Part shown: in pieces, positions 15,690 through 15,850 of the stretch
Position numbering within the stretch: position 1 is the first letter of the stretch
Layout of the letters: every line of letters starts with the position of its first letter
Position numbers and translations under genes: made by a program
Assembly (NCBI GenBank): GCA_017609985.1
Contig: JAFCCW010000018.1
Location: forward strand, 1-15,850
Source: Candidatus Iainarchaeum sp.
Lineage (GTDB): Archaea > Iainarchaeota > Iainarchaeia > Iainarchaeales > JAFCCW01
Direction of reading: 5' to 3'
Length of the DNA stretch: 15,850 bases
Notes under the pieces: model-generated
Databases searched by the model: none
Told to the model about the DNA's origin: nothing
The model's input: the letters and a program-made list of their open reading frames with translations, nothing else

Positions 15690-15850
15690 CTATAATCCTA
15701 TTTTCATTCCATCAAATGCAAGCTTCAGCTTCAAGTCTTTATGCTTGCTCTCTATTTGCTTTACTTGCTTTCCATAGTTTCTCAGCTCGACTTCTTCCAC
15801 GTGAACCAAAACCGTTCTCTTAGGCTTCAATCTCTCAATTCTCTTAATCA
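15690..15850 (-). CDS. 3' end of an MBL-fold metallo-hydrolase (PhnP/RNase Z-like), partial
   Basis: Manual translation IKRIERLKPKRTVLVHVEE...LKLAFDGMKIGL* matches the typical MBL C-terminus (PKxxxLxH...AxDG). It runs off the window edge and is not in the ORF track. Confidence 0.75.
   Translation of the reverse strand, partial: IKRIERLKPKRTVLVHVEEVELRNYGKQVKQIESKHKDLKLKLAFDGMKIGL

Noticed and set aside
15359-15823. 154-aa plus-strand ORF
   Set aside because: It is out of frame within argG2 and antisense to the MBL gene end, with no motifs.
1-15850. CRISPR array, tRNA, rRNA, intact transposase or integrase
   Set aside because: No regularly spaced repeats, cloverleaf or recombinase motifs were seen by eye, and the intergenic gaps are short.

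Overview
AT-rich, probably archaeal window. The archaeal call rests on TATA/BRE-like promoters, several near-leaderless genes, GGTGA Shine-Dalgarno sites and very basic ORFans; a DPANN/Iainarchaeota-like origin is my inference only. The window is dominated by an arginine locus: argS, a divergently transcribed ACT-domain putative regulator, and a tightly coupled bacterial-type operon argG-[DUF1611/DgcN-like P-loop protein]-argC-argD-argF'-argB-argE-argH. A second, divergent argG lies 1.7 kb downstream. The operon encodes every step from N-acyl-glutamate to arginine, but the window has no recognisable argA, argJ or lysW/argX. An uncharacterised P-loop protein is translationally coupled between argG and argC and is the best candidate for a new glutamate N-acylating enzyme. 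The transcarbamylase carries Ala at the acetyl/succinyl specificity position, which hints at an N-succinylated route. The flanks hold a truncated HEPN-like gene ending inside a GC hairpin, gene fragments, three basic ORFans and the 3' end of an MBL-fold hydrolase. All family calls come from motif recognition by eye; no searches were run.
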